From contig OZ242311.1 of the NCBI GenBank assembly GCA_965207885.1, positions 1,184,001-1,248,000 of the forward strand: a DNA stretch of 64,000 nucleotides. Reading direction: 5' to 3'. Under the pieces are notes generated by a model. That model saw nothing but the letters and a program-made list of their open reading frames with translations. It did no database searches and was not told the origin of the DNA. This document shows positions 9,307 through 18,130 of this stretch, in pieces (within the stretch, counting starts at the first letter, position 1; each line of letters begins with the position of its first letter). The stretch is from Candidatus Latescibacterota bacterium (GTDB lineage: Bacteria > Latescibacterota > UBA2968). A program made the translations under genes and the position numbers.

Positions 9307-9861
9307 TTAAGCGTGTAACATCCTCATGAATGTGTCATAGTTTGAAAAGTCTTCAATCCAGCACTCACATTTTCCTTTTAAGCGTGGTCCTACGCCTATG
9401 AAATGCCAGCCCAGTTTTTTGGTTGCCTGGATATCCCACACAGCATCACCGACATATACGATGCGATGGAAATCATTCCCCAATGCAGATAGACATTTTT
9501 TCATGATCTCCACACGCTCGTCGCTATTATCACTGGAAAATAGAACCATATTTTTCAAGTTAAATCCCGCATGCCTGAGTTTCATTTTGGCGGTATGTTT
9601 CCAGCCGCCTGTGGCAATTCCAATTTTATAGTGCCGATCAGATAGAAGTTTGTCAATCAGGCAAATCGCCCCTTTCTTTGGGCGGCATTCGCCGCCATTT
9701 TCAAGATACTGTTCAATCAATTCACCGAATTTTTTGCGGATTTCTTCAATTTGCCCCTCTTCTTGAATTTTATTTTCTTCCATTATTTGTCGCAACAGAC
9801 CTGAATCCGTTACGTTTTTGTATTTGCTCCAATCATCGTGGATGTAAATTTCTCCCAGGAC
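9307..9861 (-). pseudogene. HAD-family hydrolase, N-terminally truncated at the IS end
   Basis: IGIATGG (motif II) and YVGDAVWD (motif IV) present. The frame stays open up to the IS boundary (VLGEIYIHDDWSKYKNVTDSGLL...), but motif I DxDGT and a start are missing. Confidence 0.8.
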
Positions 9862-9866
9862 TGGAG

Positions 9867-10769
9867 TTACCCCGTTTTAGTGGATAGTGTAGAACTTTCA
9901 ACCCCGTCACCTTTTGCCATCAGTTTTTCATAGGTGATGGGCGATTGGTACCTGATCGCAGAGTGTCTGCGGTGTGGGTTATACCACCCTTCAATATACT
10001 CGAAGATAGACAGTTTGGCCTGATTATGATTGGGGAAGCTATGCCGGTCTATCAACTCGCATTCAAGGGTAGCAAAGAAGCTTTCACACAAGGCATTGTC
10101 AAAGCAATCGCCAACCGATCCGACAGAGGGTTTGACCCCCATTCTTGCACAGCGTTGACCAAAGGCATAAGAGGTATATTGAGCGCCTTGATCTGAATGA
10201 TGGATGACCCCATCTGGTCGTCGGTTCCAAAGTGCCATATCCAAGGCATCTAAGACCAGTTGGGTCTTCAGATGCGAGGCCATTGCCCAACCAACTACGC
10301 GTCTGGAGAAGGCGTCGAGAACAACAGAGAGATACAAAAAGCCAGACCAGGTTTTTATGTAGGTAATATCAGCGACCCACAGCTTGTTGGGCTTATCAAC
10401 CCTAAAGTCTCGCTTAACCAGATCAGGGGCTTTCTCGTCTGTGATAGACCGGTATGTAGTCAGGATACCTTTTCTTCGGCTCACACCACATATATTGGCT
10501 TGTCGCATCAGTCTTGCGACCCGTTTCTTGCTGATGTGGACACCTACTTCGCGCAGATCCTGAAAGATACGCGGTGCGCCATAGGTTCCATTAGAACGCT
10601 GATGAAAGGTGCTTATTTGTTCTGTTAACTTTTCATCGTCCTTTGCCCGTTTAGATAAAGGTCTATTACACCAGGCATAATACCCACTGGTGGAGACACC
10701 CAGCACGCGGCATAGCATGGTGATCGGATGGATGGCCTGATGCGCCTTTATGTATCTGAAGATTTTGGG
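9867..10769 (-). CDS. IS3 OrfB DDE transposase, expressed as an OrfAB fusion by -1 frameshift
   Basis: WVADITY, HHSDQGAQY, DNALCESFFATLECE, YNPHRRHSAI integrase core. The OrfB frame opens at the C_CCA_AAA slippery heptamer (10763-10769). Confidence 0.92.
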   Translation of the reverse strand, partial: PKIFRYIKAHQAIHPITMLCRVLGVSTSGYYAWCNRPLSKRAKDDEKLTEQISTFHQRSNGTYGAPRIFQDLREVGVHISKKRVARLMRQANICGVSRRKGILTTYRSITDEKAPDLVKRDFRVDKPNKLWVADITYIKTWSGFLYLSVVLDAFSRRVVGWAMASHLKTQLVLDALDMALWNRRPDGVIHHSDQGAQYTSYAFGQRCARMGVKPSVGSVGDCFDNALCESFFATLECELIDRHSFPNHNQAKLSIFEYIEGWYNPHRRHSAIRYQSPITYEKLMAKGDGVESSTLSTKTG

Positions 10770-11059
10770 GGTATCGCATCGGTCTCCGCTGCGAACCAGG
10801 CCGCGGCTTTTGCAAGGATCTCACGCTCTTGACGCAAGCGTTTATTTTCTTTGCGAAGCCGCTGAAGTTCTTCTCGCTCACGACTGGTCAACCCATCGTC
10901 CCGACGGCCTTCATCGCGGTCTGCTTGACGCACCCAGGCACTGATCGTCTGAGCGGTCGGCTCAAACTCTTTGGCCAAATCGCTGGCACTACGGCCTGAT
11001 CTGACCAGCGCGACCATTTGCTGGCGAAATGCTGATGGATATGATCTTTTTCTTCCCAT
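10748..11059 (-). CDS. IS3 OrfA (HTH plus leucine zipper)
   Basis: YPSAFRQQMVALV...LAKEFEPTAQTISAWVRQ HTH; ELQRLRKENKRLRQEREILAKAAAWFA zipper; AGGAG RBS. Confidence 0.93.
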   Translation of the reverse strand: MGRKRSYPSAFRQQMVALVRSGRSASDLAKEFEPTAQTISAWVRQADRDEGRRDDGLTSREREELQRLRKENKRLRQEREILAKAAAWFAAETDAIPPKSSDT

Positions 11060-11147
11060 TGCGGACTCCTTTCTCTGAAAGAGATAAGTTGTCCACTAAA
11101 ACGGGTCAAGTCCACATTGATGCAGGACATTTTTGTTTATGATAATC

Positions 11148-11756
11148 TCATTGAGAGGACGAGTTTCGTTGGACCCATTTCTCAATCTCAGGTTTCGCCA
11201 CTTCGATGATCTCAATAAGGCGGTTGCCTATATCCTCAACTACACGATCAGGATCAGTGTGCATCTTGATAAGGGTATCTTTATTACTCCAATCTGTGTA
11301 GTTCCAATAGGGAGATTTCCAAGGGGGTGATTTTAGAGGCTGATACCAAATCCACCACTTCGAGCGTTTGCCTTTTCCTAATTCCTCATCCAGCTTACAG
11401 CTGAGGTGCTGCATTAATGCATTTGACTCAGGATCACTACCAACTCCGATGATATGATTACTGAGATCCTTAGCCTGCTTCTGAAGTATTATATATACCG
11501 GTTCGTTTTTTAACACAGCAAATTTTCGAGACACGCCAAAACTAAGGTAGTTGGCCCCATAGGGGTTGTCGCAAAGCCCTGTTTCCCAACACCACTGCGA
11601 CATATCAAGTTTTTTGCAGATAAAGCCTTTGAGTTTCTCCAAAAAAGTTTTGATTATTAGTTCGCGAATCTCCTGGGTCAAGTCCATAATATCCAGTGCC
11701 ACGTCCAGATTTTCCAAAACATGTTCGATAACAATTTTTCTTTTATTCGTATGCAT
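11148..11756 (-). CDS. Hypothetical Trp-rich protein coupled to the upstream nuclease (202 aa)
   Basis: ATG at 11756 preceded by GAGGAG; overlaps the 3' end of the nuclease gene by 14 nt. Confidence 0.65.
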   Translation of the reverse strand: MHTNKRKIVIEHVLENLDVALDIMDLTQEIRELIIKTFLEKLKGFICKKLDMSQWCWETGLCDNPYGANYLSFGVSRKFAVLKNEPVYIILQKQAKDLSNHIIGVGSDPESNALMQHLSCKLDEELGKGKRSKWWIWYQPLKSPPWKSPYWNYTDWSNKDTLIKMHTDPDRVVEDIGNRLIEIIEVAKPEIEKWVQRNSSSQ

Positions 11757-12447
11757 CACCGTTCTCCTCAAAAGTAAAAGGTGGTCGGAACACGTCACGG
11801 ATGTAATCCCTAAAATCGTGCAAAAACCAGCGGAATTTATCGGACTTGCATAGTTGCCAGCACTCCTCAATCCATTCCGGAATATCTGACCTATATGAAA
11901 GCAGGTATAACTCGCCCTTCTGAATAAGATTGTCGGGGTTTTCTATGGTTTCGGGTTTTCTGCCATCTGGAGTAATATAAATCAGGCAACATCGTTTATA
12001 TGTACCTTTGAGATGCTGGTAGTAATCCCTTAGTTGGTACTCCTGTTCACGATCCCAAGGCTTATTCTCAATGCCAATCCCGAAACCTTCAAAACCAACA
12101 GTAATATCGATTCGGCGATGCTGATTTTCGTTGTAGTGAGTTGGATCTTCGCGCTTGACTTGTCGTTGTTTGCAGGATAGTTCAGCTACTTGGCCAGGAT
12201 TGAACAGACACCTGAGAAACGCATCAAGAAACTTGCCTTGCTGACCATGGGAACCATTGGCATCAAGCAGACAGGCGATAATATCGGAAAGACGATTTTC
12301 ATTAGGTCTGATAAATTCGGAGATGACATTGAAATCTGTTGAAAGAAAAGGGTCCCAACGCCGTTTTTCTTCTCGATAAATTTGGAGCTTTTGGCGCAGG
12401 ATCGAAGAGAACATCTCTAAACGCTGCCTGTAGTTCTGCTCATCCAT
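11743..12447 (-). CDS. PD-(D/E)XK nuclease-family protein (PDDEXK_4-like)
   Basis: ENRLSDIIACLLD...HGQQGKFLDAFL, RRIDI, IGIENK, QLRDY, LIYITPDG motifs; AAGGAG RBS. Confidence 0.8.
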   Translation of the reverse strand: MDEQNYRQRLEMFSSILRQKLQIYREEKRRWDPFLSTDFNVISEFIRPNENRLSDIIACLLDANGSHGQQGKFLDAFLRCLFNPGQVAELSCKQRQVKREDPTHYNENQHRRIDITVGFEGFGIGIENKPWDREQEYQLRDYYQHLKGTYKRCCLIYITPDGRKPETIENPDNLIQKGELYLLSYRSDIPEWIEECWQLCKSDKFRWFLHDFRDYIRDVFRPPFTFEENGDAYE

Positions 12448-12596
12448 CTTTGATCTCCTTTCAGCAGCTTTTCTGTCTATTTACTGGTTTTTCTTAATCA
12501 CTCCTGATGAGTCTAAAATATAGCCAAGATCATTTAAGAATTCGATTTTTTTTAAAATCTTTGCCTCCAGCCTCAGTATCAGCCCCTAACTTTCTC

Positions 12597-12625
12597 TTGA
12601 CCCCAAAAATTTAGACATTTATACT
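12597..12625 (+). promoter_or_regulatory. Sigma70-type promoter of the ArsC-like gene
   Basis: TTGACC (12597-12602), 17 bp spacer, TATACT (12620-12625). Confidence 0.65.
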
Positions 12626-12664
12626 TCATTTGAGACACTCTTCATCGCAAAAAGGAGATTTAAC

Positions 12665-13015
12665 ATGTCAAAAATCACCATCTACCACAACCCCAACTGA
12701 AGCAAATCCAATGGCGCAATGGATATATTGCGCGCTGGCAACGTCGAGTTCGACGTCATTGAATACTTGAAAACACCGCTGAGCGAACAGGACTTGAGAA
12801 AATTTCTCGCGCTTCTGCCCGGTGAACCCAAAGACATGATTCACCCCAGTTCCTTTGAAAAACTGGGACGCGACATGGATGATTACAATACCCCCGATGC
12901 ACTCGTCGGCTTGCTTTTGGAACATCCAGAAGTCATGAACCGCCCCGTGTGCATTCGCGGAGATCGCGCAGTCATTGCCCGACCCTCAGAAGCCGTGCAT
13001 GAACTCTTCGACTAA
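12665..13015 (+). CDS. arsC: ArsC-family (thioredoxin-fold, arsenate reductase-like) selenoprotein, 116 aa, Sec at codon 12 (TGA 12698-12700)
   Basis: AAGGAG RBS then MSKITIYHNPN*SKSNGAMDIL..., matching ArsC MSNITIYHNPACGTSR with TGA at the catalytic Cys. In frame with the 12719 ORF (IEYLKTP, HPEVMNRP, AVIARP). Confidence 0.88.
12708..12738 (+). promoter_or_regulatory. Candidate bacterial SECIS element
   Basis: Perfect stem GCGCAAT (12714-12720)/ATTGCGC (12727-12733) with a GGATAT loop beginning 20 nt after the TGA; lower CCA/TGG pairing. Confidence 0.75.
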
Positions 13016-13017
13016 AA

Positions 13018-13052
13018 AAACAGCCGCCGAGACCTGAACCTCAGCGGCTGTT
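13018..13052. terminator. Bidirectional intrinsic terminator between convergent genes
   Basis: AAACAGCCGC...GCGGCTGTTT stem with an A-run on the left and a T-rich tract on the right. Confidence 0.8.
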
Positions 13053-13072
13053 TCTATTTACATCTTATAACC

Positions 13073-13861
13073 TCACGCCCCCTCTACCGCTTTTCTCAAC
13101 TCATCGCCATTGCTTCGCCACCACGAATGCAAAACTGAGATATCCACCCCGATATTGAAATGCCGCACACCCATATCGAGATATTCCTTTGCCTCATCGG
13201 GTGACATAATCTCTGCACGGGGATGAACGCCCATACTCAACGCAGTCTTGAACACCTCATTCCTTGCATCTGCCACTGCGGGATCACCGCGCTGCCCCGC
13301 CTTGCCAACACTCATCGAATAATCCGAAGGTCCCCATTGCACCATATCCACGCCTGGAACTGAAAGAATCGCCTCCAGATTCTCCACCGCCTCCTTCTTT
13401 TCGATCATCAAAACCACAACAGTCTCTCGCATCGCCTTCACATACTCCGGTCCTCCGCCATATCCCATATACGTATTGCGCCGCGTGTACACACTGTACA
13501 AACCGCCATCCTCCGGCGTATCTGGAAGCGTAACGCGCACACATTCCTTCGCATCTTCTTCCGTGCGACAATCCGTAAACAAAATACTCCCAAAACCAGA
13601 CCCGATCGCCCGCTGCGACAAAAAGTACTGATGGCTGCGATCGATTTTGAACATCATACCCATATTGTACAACTCGGCTGCGCGGCACAAATTGTCGAGA
13701 TCGTAGAGATCAAACGTGCCGTATTCGCCAACGTATTCGACATAGTCGTAAAGTCCCGTATGTCCAATCGCCTCAACAATCGCCGGCCAACTCGAATGAA
13801 TGCGCGTGCCAATCGTGGGTTCGCCCGCATCCAATTTTTCTCTAATTCTATTGGGTTTCAA
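13073..13861 (-). CDS. HpcH/HpaI-family class II aldolase
   Basis: VLMIEKKEAVENLEAILSVPGVDMVQWGPSDYSMS; TTG start after AGGAG. Confidence 0.85.
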   Translation of the reverse strand: MKPNRIREKLDAGEPTIGTRIHSSWPAIVEAIGHTGLYDYVEYVGEYGTFDLYDLDNLCRAAELYNMGMMFKIDRSHQYFLSQRAIGSGFGSILFTDCRTEEDAKECVRVTLPDTPEDGGLYSVYTRRNTYMGYGGGPEYVKAMRETVVVLMIEKKEAVENLEAILSVPGVDMVQWGPSDYSMSVGKAGQRGDPAVADARNEVFKTALSMGVHPRAEIMSPDEAKEYLDMGVRHFNIGVDISVLHSWWRSNGDELRKAVEGA

Positions 13862-13886
13862 AATAAACTCCTTTGTAAGTGGTTAA

Positions 13887-14777
13887 TCACCCAAACAACG
13901 ACTTAAAAACCCGCTTCGTCCTGTCCAACACATCTTCAGATAACACTTCTCCATCTGAAATTTTCACATTATCTGCGAGATGATCCACATTGGTCGATCC
14001 CACAATAGCAGTACACACATCTTCGTGAGACAGCGTAAACCGCAACGCGAATTCAATCAGCGGCATATCGTCCGCCAATTCCCGCAACGGCATCTGCTGT
14101 GCCCGATCCCACGGATCGCCCATATACGAACCGTCTGGCCGTTCAGATCTGAGATACACCCCATTGGCAATCGGACGCTTGATAATCGTCCCCATACCCC
14201 GATCGCGCAAAGTCGGCATCAAATTTTCAGCAGACTCCTGGAACAACACATTGTACGTAAACTCCTGCGTATCTAAATCCCACCTCTTCGCCGCCGCAGC
14301 CGCTGCCGATCCATCAGCTGATACACCGACAAACTTCGTCCATCCCCTATCCTTAGCTTCCAACAGCGCGTCAAACGCCGCATCCCAATCGTCCGCTTCT
14401 CCAGGCAACCCGTGAAATTGCACAATATCGATCACATCCATCTTCAGCCTTGATCGACTCGTATCAATCGTCCTCAAAATACCCTCGGGCGAATAATCCT
14501 TTACAATCTCGCGCTTGCCGCCATTGATCACCTGATAATCGCCGCACTTTGTCGCCAGAACAAAATCGTCCTGCCGATGGGCGATAAACTTCCCGATCCG
14601 CTCTTCGCTATCGCCATACATCGCAGCCGTATCGATAAACGCGATACCCAAATCGAGTACCTGATTCAGCACCGATTCGACCTGCGACTCCGGCAGTAAT
14701 GGATTCCCAATCTGCGCTGCGCCAAAACCGATCTCCGAGACCTGTAAACCCGTCTTTCCCAGCATCCGAAATTTCAT
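13887..14777 (-). CDS. Aldo/keto reductase
   Basis: LGKTGLQVSEIGFG, IDTAAMYGDSEE, LATKCG, IDIVQFH. Confidence 0.9.
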   Translation of the reverse strand: MKFRMLGKTGLQVSEIGFGAAQIGNPLLPESQVESVLNQVLDLGIAFIDTAAMYGDSEERIGKFIAHRQDDFVLATKCGDYQVINGGKREIVKDYSPEGILRTIDTSRSRLKMDVIDIVQFHGLPGEADDWDAAFDALLEAKDRGWTKFVGVSADGSAAAAAAKRWDLDTQEFTYNVLFQESAENLMPTLRDRGMGTIIKRPIANGVYLRSERPDGSYMGDPWDRAQQMPLRELADDMPLIEFALRFTLSHEDVCTAIVGSTNVDHLADNVKISDGEVLSEDVLDRTKRVFKSLFG

Positions 14778-14895
14778 CTCAATACTCTCACTCTGCCTTC
14801 ACGCATTCCGATATTTGCACAAGTCACCTAAATGTCGTATATAATACAACCAAAATCCACTAAAACCACCAAAAAATCTCACGGAACAAATCTAC

Positions 14896-16364
14896 ATGAC
14901 ACAACGCCCAAACATCCTCTTCTGCATTGCCGACGATCAATCCTGGCCCCACGCCAGTGCTTATGGCTGCCCCTGGGTCAACACCCCGGCATTTGACCGC
15001 GTCGCACGCGAAGGCATTCTCTTTAACAACGCCTTCACACCCAATGCCAAATGCGCCCCATCCAGAGCCGCCATCCTCACCGGTCGCTATTCCTGGCAAC
15101 TTCAAGAAGCCTGCAACCACCTCTGCTTTTTCCCATCGGACTACGTCACCTATCCCGAACTTTTCAAAGACGCCGGATACGCCACGGGATTCACCGGCAA
15201 AAGCTGGGCACCGGGAGAACCGGGAACTTATCCAGATGGCTCACCGCGCAAACTCGTTGGCCCCGAACACAACGACCTCAAACTCAATCCCCCCACAAAA
15301 AGCATTGCCAATATAGACTACGCCGCCAATTTCGTGGCTTTTCTCAATGCCAAACCCGACGACCGGCCCTTCTGCTTCTGGTATGGCGGCAAAGAACCCC
15401 ACCGCGGCTACGAATACGGCTCTGGCGTGCGCCTCGGGGGAAAATCCCTCTCTGACATCGACGAAGTACCTCCCTGCTGGCCGGCAACCGAAGACGTCAA
15501 AAACGACATGCTCGACTACGCCTTTGAAATCGAATGGTTCGACAAACACCTGGGTCAAATCCTCGACATCCTCGAAGAACGCGGCGAACTCGACAACACC
15601 CTCATCATGGTCACCTCAGACAATGGCATGCCCTTTCCGCGCATGAAAGGCCAACTCTACGAAATAGCTTACCACATGCCACTGGCCGTCATGTGGAAAG
15701 ACGCGATCGAACCGGACCGAATAGTTGACGATCTCATCAACTTCGTTGACTTTGCCCCCACCTTCCTCGAAGCTGCGGGCATCAGCATCCATCCTCAAAA
15801 CACTGGCAAAAGCCTCATGCCCATCTTCAAATCCAGCAAATCGGGCATCATCGACCCGGAGCGCACCGTCCTCATCTCGGGCAAAGAACGCCACGACATC
15901 TGCCGTCCCGGCACCGTGGGCTATCCCATCCGCGGCATCCGAGATCACCACCACCTCTACCTGCGAAATTTTGAACCTGACCGCTGGCCAGCCGGCAACC
16001 CCGAAGTCTATTACCGCAACATCGACGACTCACCCACCAAAACGCGCGTCGTCGAAGAAAAAGAACAGGGCAATGAGACCTACTGGCAACTCTGCATGGG
16101 CAAACGCCCCAAAGAAGAACTCTACGATATCCAGACCGATCCCCACTGCATCACCAACCTCGCCGAAAGCGCCGACCACCAGACCATCAAAACGCACTCT
16201 GGCAAAAACTTCGGAAGACCCTCAAACAACACGGCGACCCCCGCATAGAAGGCCGCGGTCACATCTTTGACGAATACCCCGTCACCAATCCAGAACAGGA
16301 ACAAAGAGTCAAAGAACGGTTCCGCATCGCCAGAGAAACGGGTATCTTATTTAAAAGCAATTGA
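14896..16364 (+). CDS. Formylglycine-dependent sulfatase with an apparent frameshift near 16189-16192
   Basis: PNILFCIADDQ, CAPSRAAILTG, TSDNG, EELYDIQTDP. A natural-looking C-terminus (LWQKLRKTLKQHGDPR...) continues in another frame to TGA at 16362-16364. Confidence 0.85.
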
Positions 16365-16417
16365 CAAATCGCCTGATACTCGACCTACGGATATAAATTC
16401 ACTTGAGGAGAATTGAT

Positions 16418-17197
16418 ATGGACCTTGGATTAAAAGGAAAAGTTGCGGTTATTACGGGCGGCAGCGAGGGAATCGGCAGAGGAATCGCATCGCGGTTCCT
16501 GGAAGAGGGAGCGAAGGTCGCGATTTGTGCGCGACGCGATGATGTCTTGCAGCAGGCAGCAGAGGAACTTCGTGCCTCAACTGGTGATGTCCTCGCTGTC
16601 CCTGCTGACGTGACCAAACCGGAAACGCTAACGAGCTTCATCAACAGAGTAGTCCAGCATTTCGGACGGATTGACATCCTGGTCAACAACGCTGGCCGGT
16701 CTGCCGCGAGCGCCTTCGATGATCTGGACGACGATGATTGGCATGCCGATTTAGATCTGAAACTGATGGGGGCTGTACGTTGCGTGCGTCTGGTCATTCC
16801 TCAGATGAAACTCGGCGGCGGCGGACGGATTATCAACGTCACGCATCCGGGGGGCAAACAGCCTGGCGCAGCTTCTTATCCAACCTCTGTGAGCCGCGCA
16901 GCGGGAATAGCGATGACCAAAGCGCTATCCAAGGAACTATTGCCGCACAATATCCTCGTAAACACCGTCTGCTTGACTTCTATCAAGAGCGCGCAGGGAG
17001 AACGCGCCTGGAAAGCGGAAGGCTCCCCCGGCACTTTAGAAGATTACTGGACTGAGCTGGCTGAAGAGCATCCGCTGGGACGTTTAGGTGAGCCCTCTGA
17101 TGCTGGCGCGCTCGTCGCCTTTCTCGCTTCGGAATGCGCTTCTTTCATCACCGGCACGGCGATTAACCTCGATGGCGGATTGTCCAACGTAGTATAG
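16418..17197 (+). CDS. Short-chain dehydrogenase/reductase
   Basis: TGGSEGIG, DILVNNAG, FITGTAINLDGG; GAGGAG RBS. The canonical YxxxK appears as TSVSR. Confidence 0.9.
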   Translation: MDLGLKGKVAVITGGSEGIGRGIASRFLEEGAKVAICARRDDVLQQAAEELRASTGDVLAVPADVTKPETLTSFINRVVQHFGRIDILVNNAGRSAASAFDDLDDDDWHADLDLKLMGAVRCVRLVIPQMKLGGGGRIINVTHPGGKQPGAASYPTSVSRAAGIAMTKALSKELLPHNILVNTVCLTSIKSAQGERAWKAEGSPGTLEDYWTELAEEHPLGRLGEPSDAGALVAFLASECASFITGTAINLDGGLSNVV

Positions 17198-17204
17198 ACG
17201 CGTC

Positions 17205-18005
17205 TCAATATCCTATGCTTCGCAAATACTCGCGGTTAGACTTTGCCGCTTTTGCCGGGGGTTTGGGCGGATACGGTCGGTCAAGCTCTACGGACACCCA
17301 CCCATCGTAGCCCACTTCTTCCAACTTCTCCAGCGCTGCCCGTGCGTCAAACCCCATATTCCCCGCGCCGAGTTCTGCGAATCGCGCCTCCTCATTAAAC
17401 TGCCCCGTGCGGTGATTCCAGGACGCGGGATCATTGGCATGCACATCCTTCAAATGCACATGCCCGATTCGATCTCGCAACACATCGCGTTCAAAAACCT
17501 GCATCGGATCGCTACCCGCCGCCAGCATGTGCCCCGTATCGTAGAGCAGCCACAAATCGGGCGCTGCCGTCATCAATCTCTCGGCATCCTCAACCGTCTC
17601 AATCAACGTCCGCATATGCGCGTGGTGAAAACCCTTCACATTGTGCGCCGTGCAATATGCCAGCACATCATCGAGCGAACGAGCCGCATTTTCAACATCT
17701 TCATCGCTCGGATCATCGCCCCCCCACATCGCGCGACGACACGACGGCACCTCTGCCGCATCATTACCCAACGCGATATTGTACCGAACCCGATCAAGCG
17801 GACTCGGTCCTCCCACATTGACCAGATGCAAACCATTCTTCCTCGCCAAATTGGCTTTAGCAACCAGATCATCGCCACTGTCGATCTTCAACCCCTCAAC
17901 CCCATCCCACCCCGCCTCAGCCACCTCTGCCAGCACCTTCTCGGGATTTTCGTGCTGCTCGCCCCGAAACTGAATCAAATGACAAGCCAGTCTAAATTTG
18001 CCCAT
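17205..18005 (-). CDS. Sugar phosphate isomerase/epimerase (IolE-like TIM barrel)
   Basis: HHAHMRTLIE, YDTGH, HVHLKD, ELGAG, YDGWVSVELD. Confidence 0.85.
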   Translation of the reverse strand: MGKFRLACHLIQFRGEQHENPEKVLAEVAEAGWDGVEGLKIDSGDDLVAKANLARKNGLHLVNVGGPSPLDRVRYNIALGNDAAEVPSCRRAMWGGDDPSDEDVENAARSLDDVLAYCTAHNVKGFHHAHMRTLIETVEDAERLMTAAPDLWLLYDTGHMLAAGSDPMQVFERDVLRDRIGHVHLKDVHANDPASWNHRTGQFNEEARFAELGAGNMGFDARAALEKLEEVGYDGWVSVELDRPYPPKPPAKAAKSNREYLRSIGY

Positions 18006-18025
18006 ATTTGCGTCCTTTCTAAAAA

Positions 18026-18130
18026 GAAGTGAAAAGTAAGAAGGAAGAAGTGAGAAGGCCCCACCCAAAACCACCCTAAAGCTGGTGCCTTATCCTACTT
18101 CACACTTCATTCTTCACACTTCATTCTTCA
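18026..18130. repeat. Inverted pair of degenerate heptamer tandem arrays
   Basis: GAAGTGA-AAAGTAA-GAAGGAA-GAAGTGA-GAAGG (18026-18058) faces TACTTCA-CACTTCA-TTCTTCA-CACTTCA-TTCTTCA (18096-18130). Confidence 0.7.

Larger units (their letters stand above)
9862..11114 (-). mobile_element. IS3-family insertion sequence, 1253 bp
   Basis: Terminal inverted repeats TGGAGTTACCCCGTTTTAGTGGATA (9862-9886) and TGGACTTGACCCGTTTTAGTGGACA (reverse complement of 11090-11114), 21/25 identical with TG...CA ends; encloses orfA and orfB. Confidence 0.95.

Noticed and set aside
12500-12545. CTGATGAG suggesting a hammerhead ribozyme
   Set aside because: No stem II closure followed by GAAA; probably chance in an AT-rich promoter region.
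12719-13015. ORF-track 98-aa version of arsC, or an arsC pseudogene
   Set aside because: It lacks an RBS and the catalytic loop. The upstream in-frame start, the TGA exactly at Cys12 and the hairpin fit Sec recoding better.
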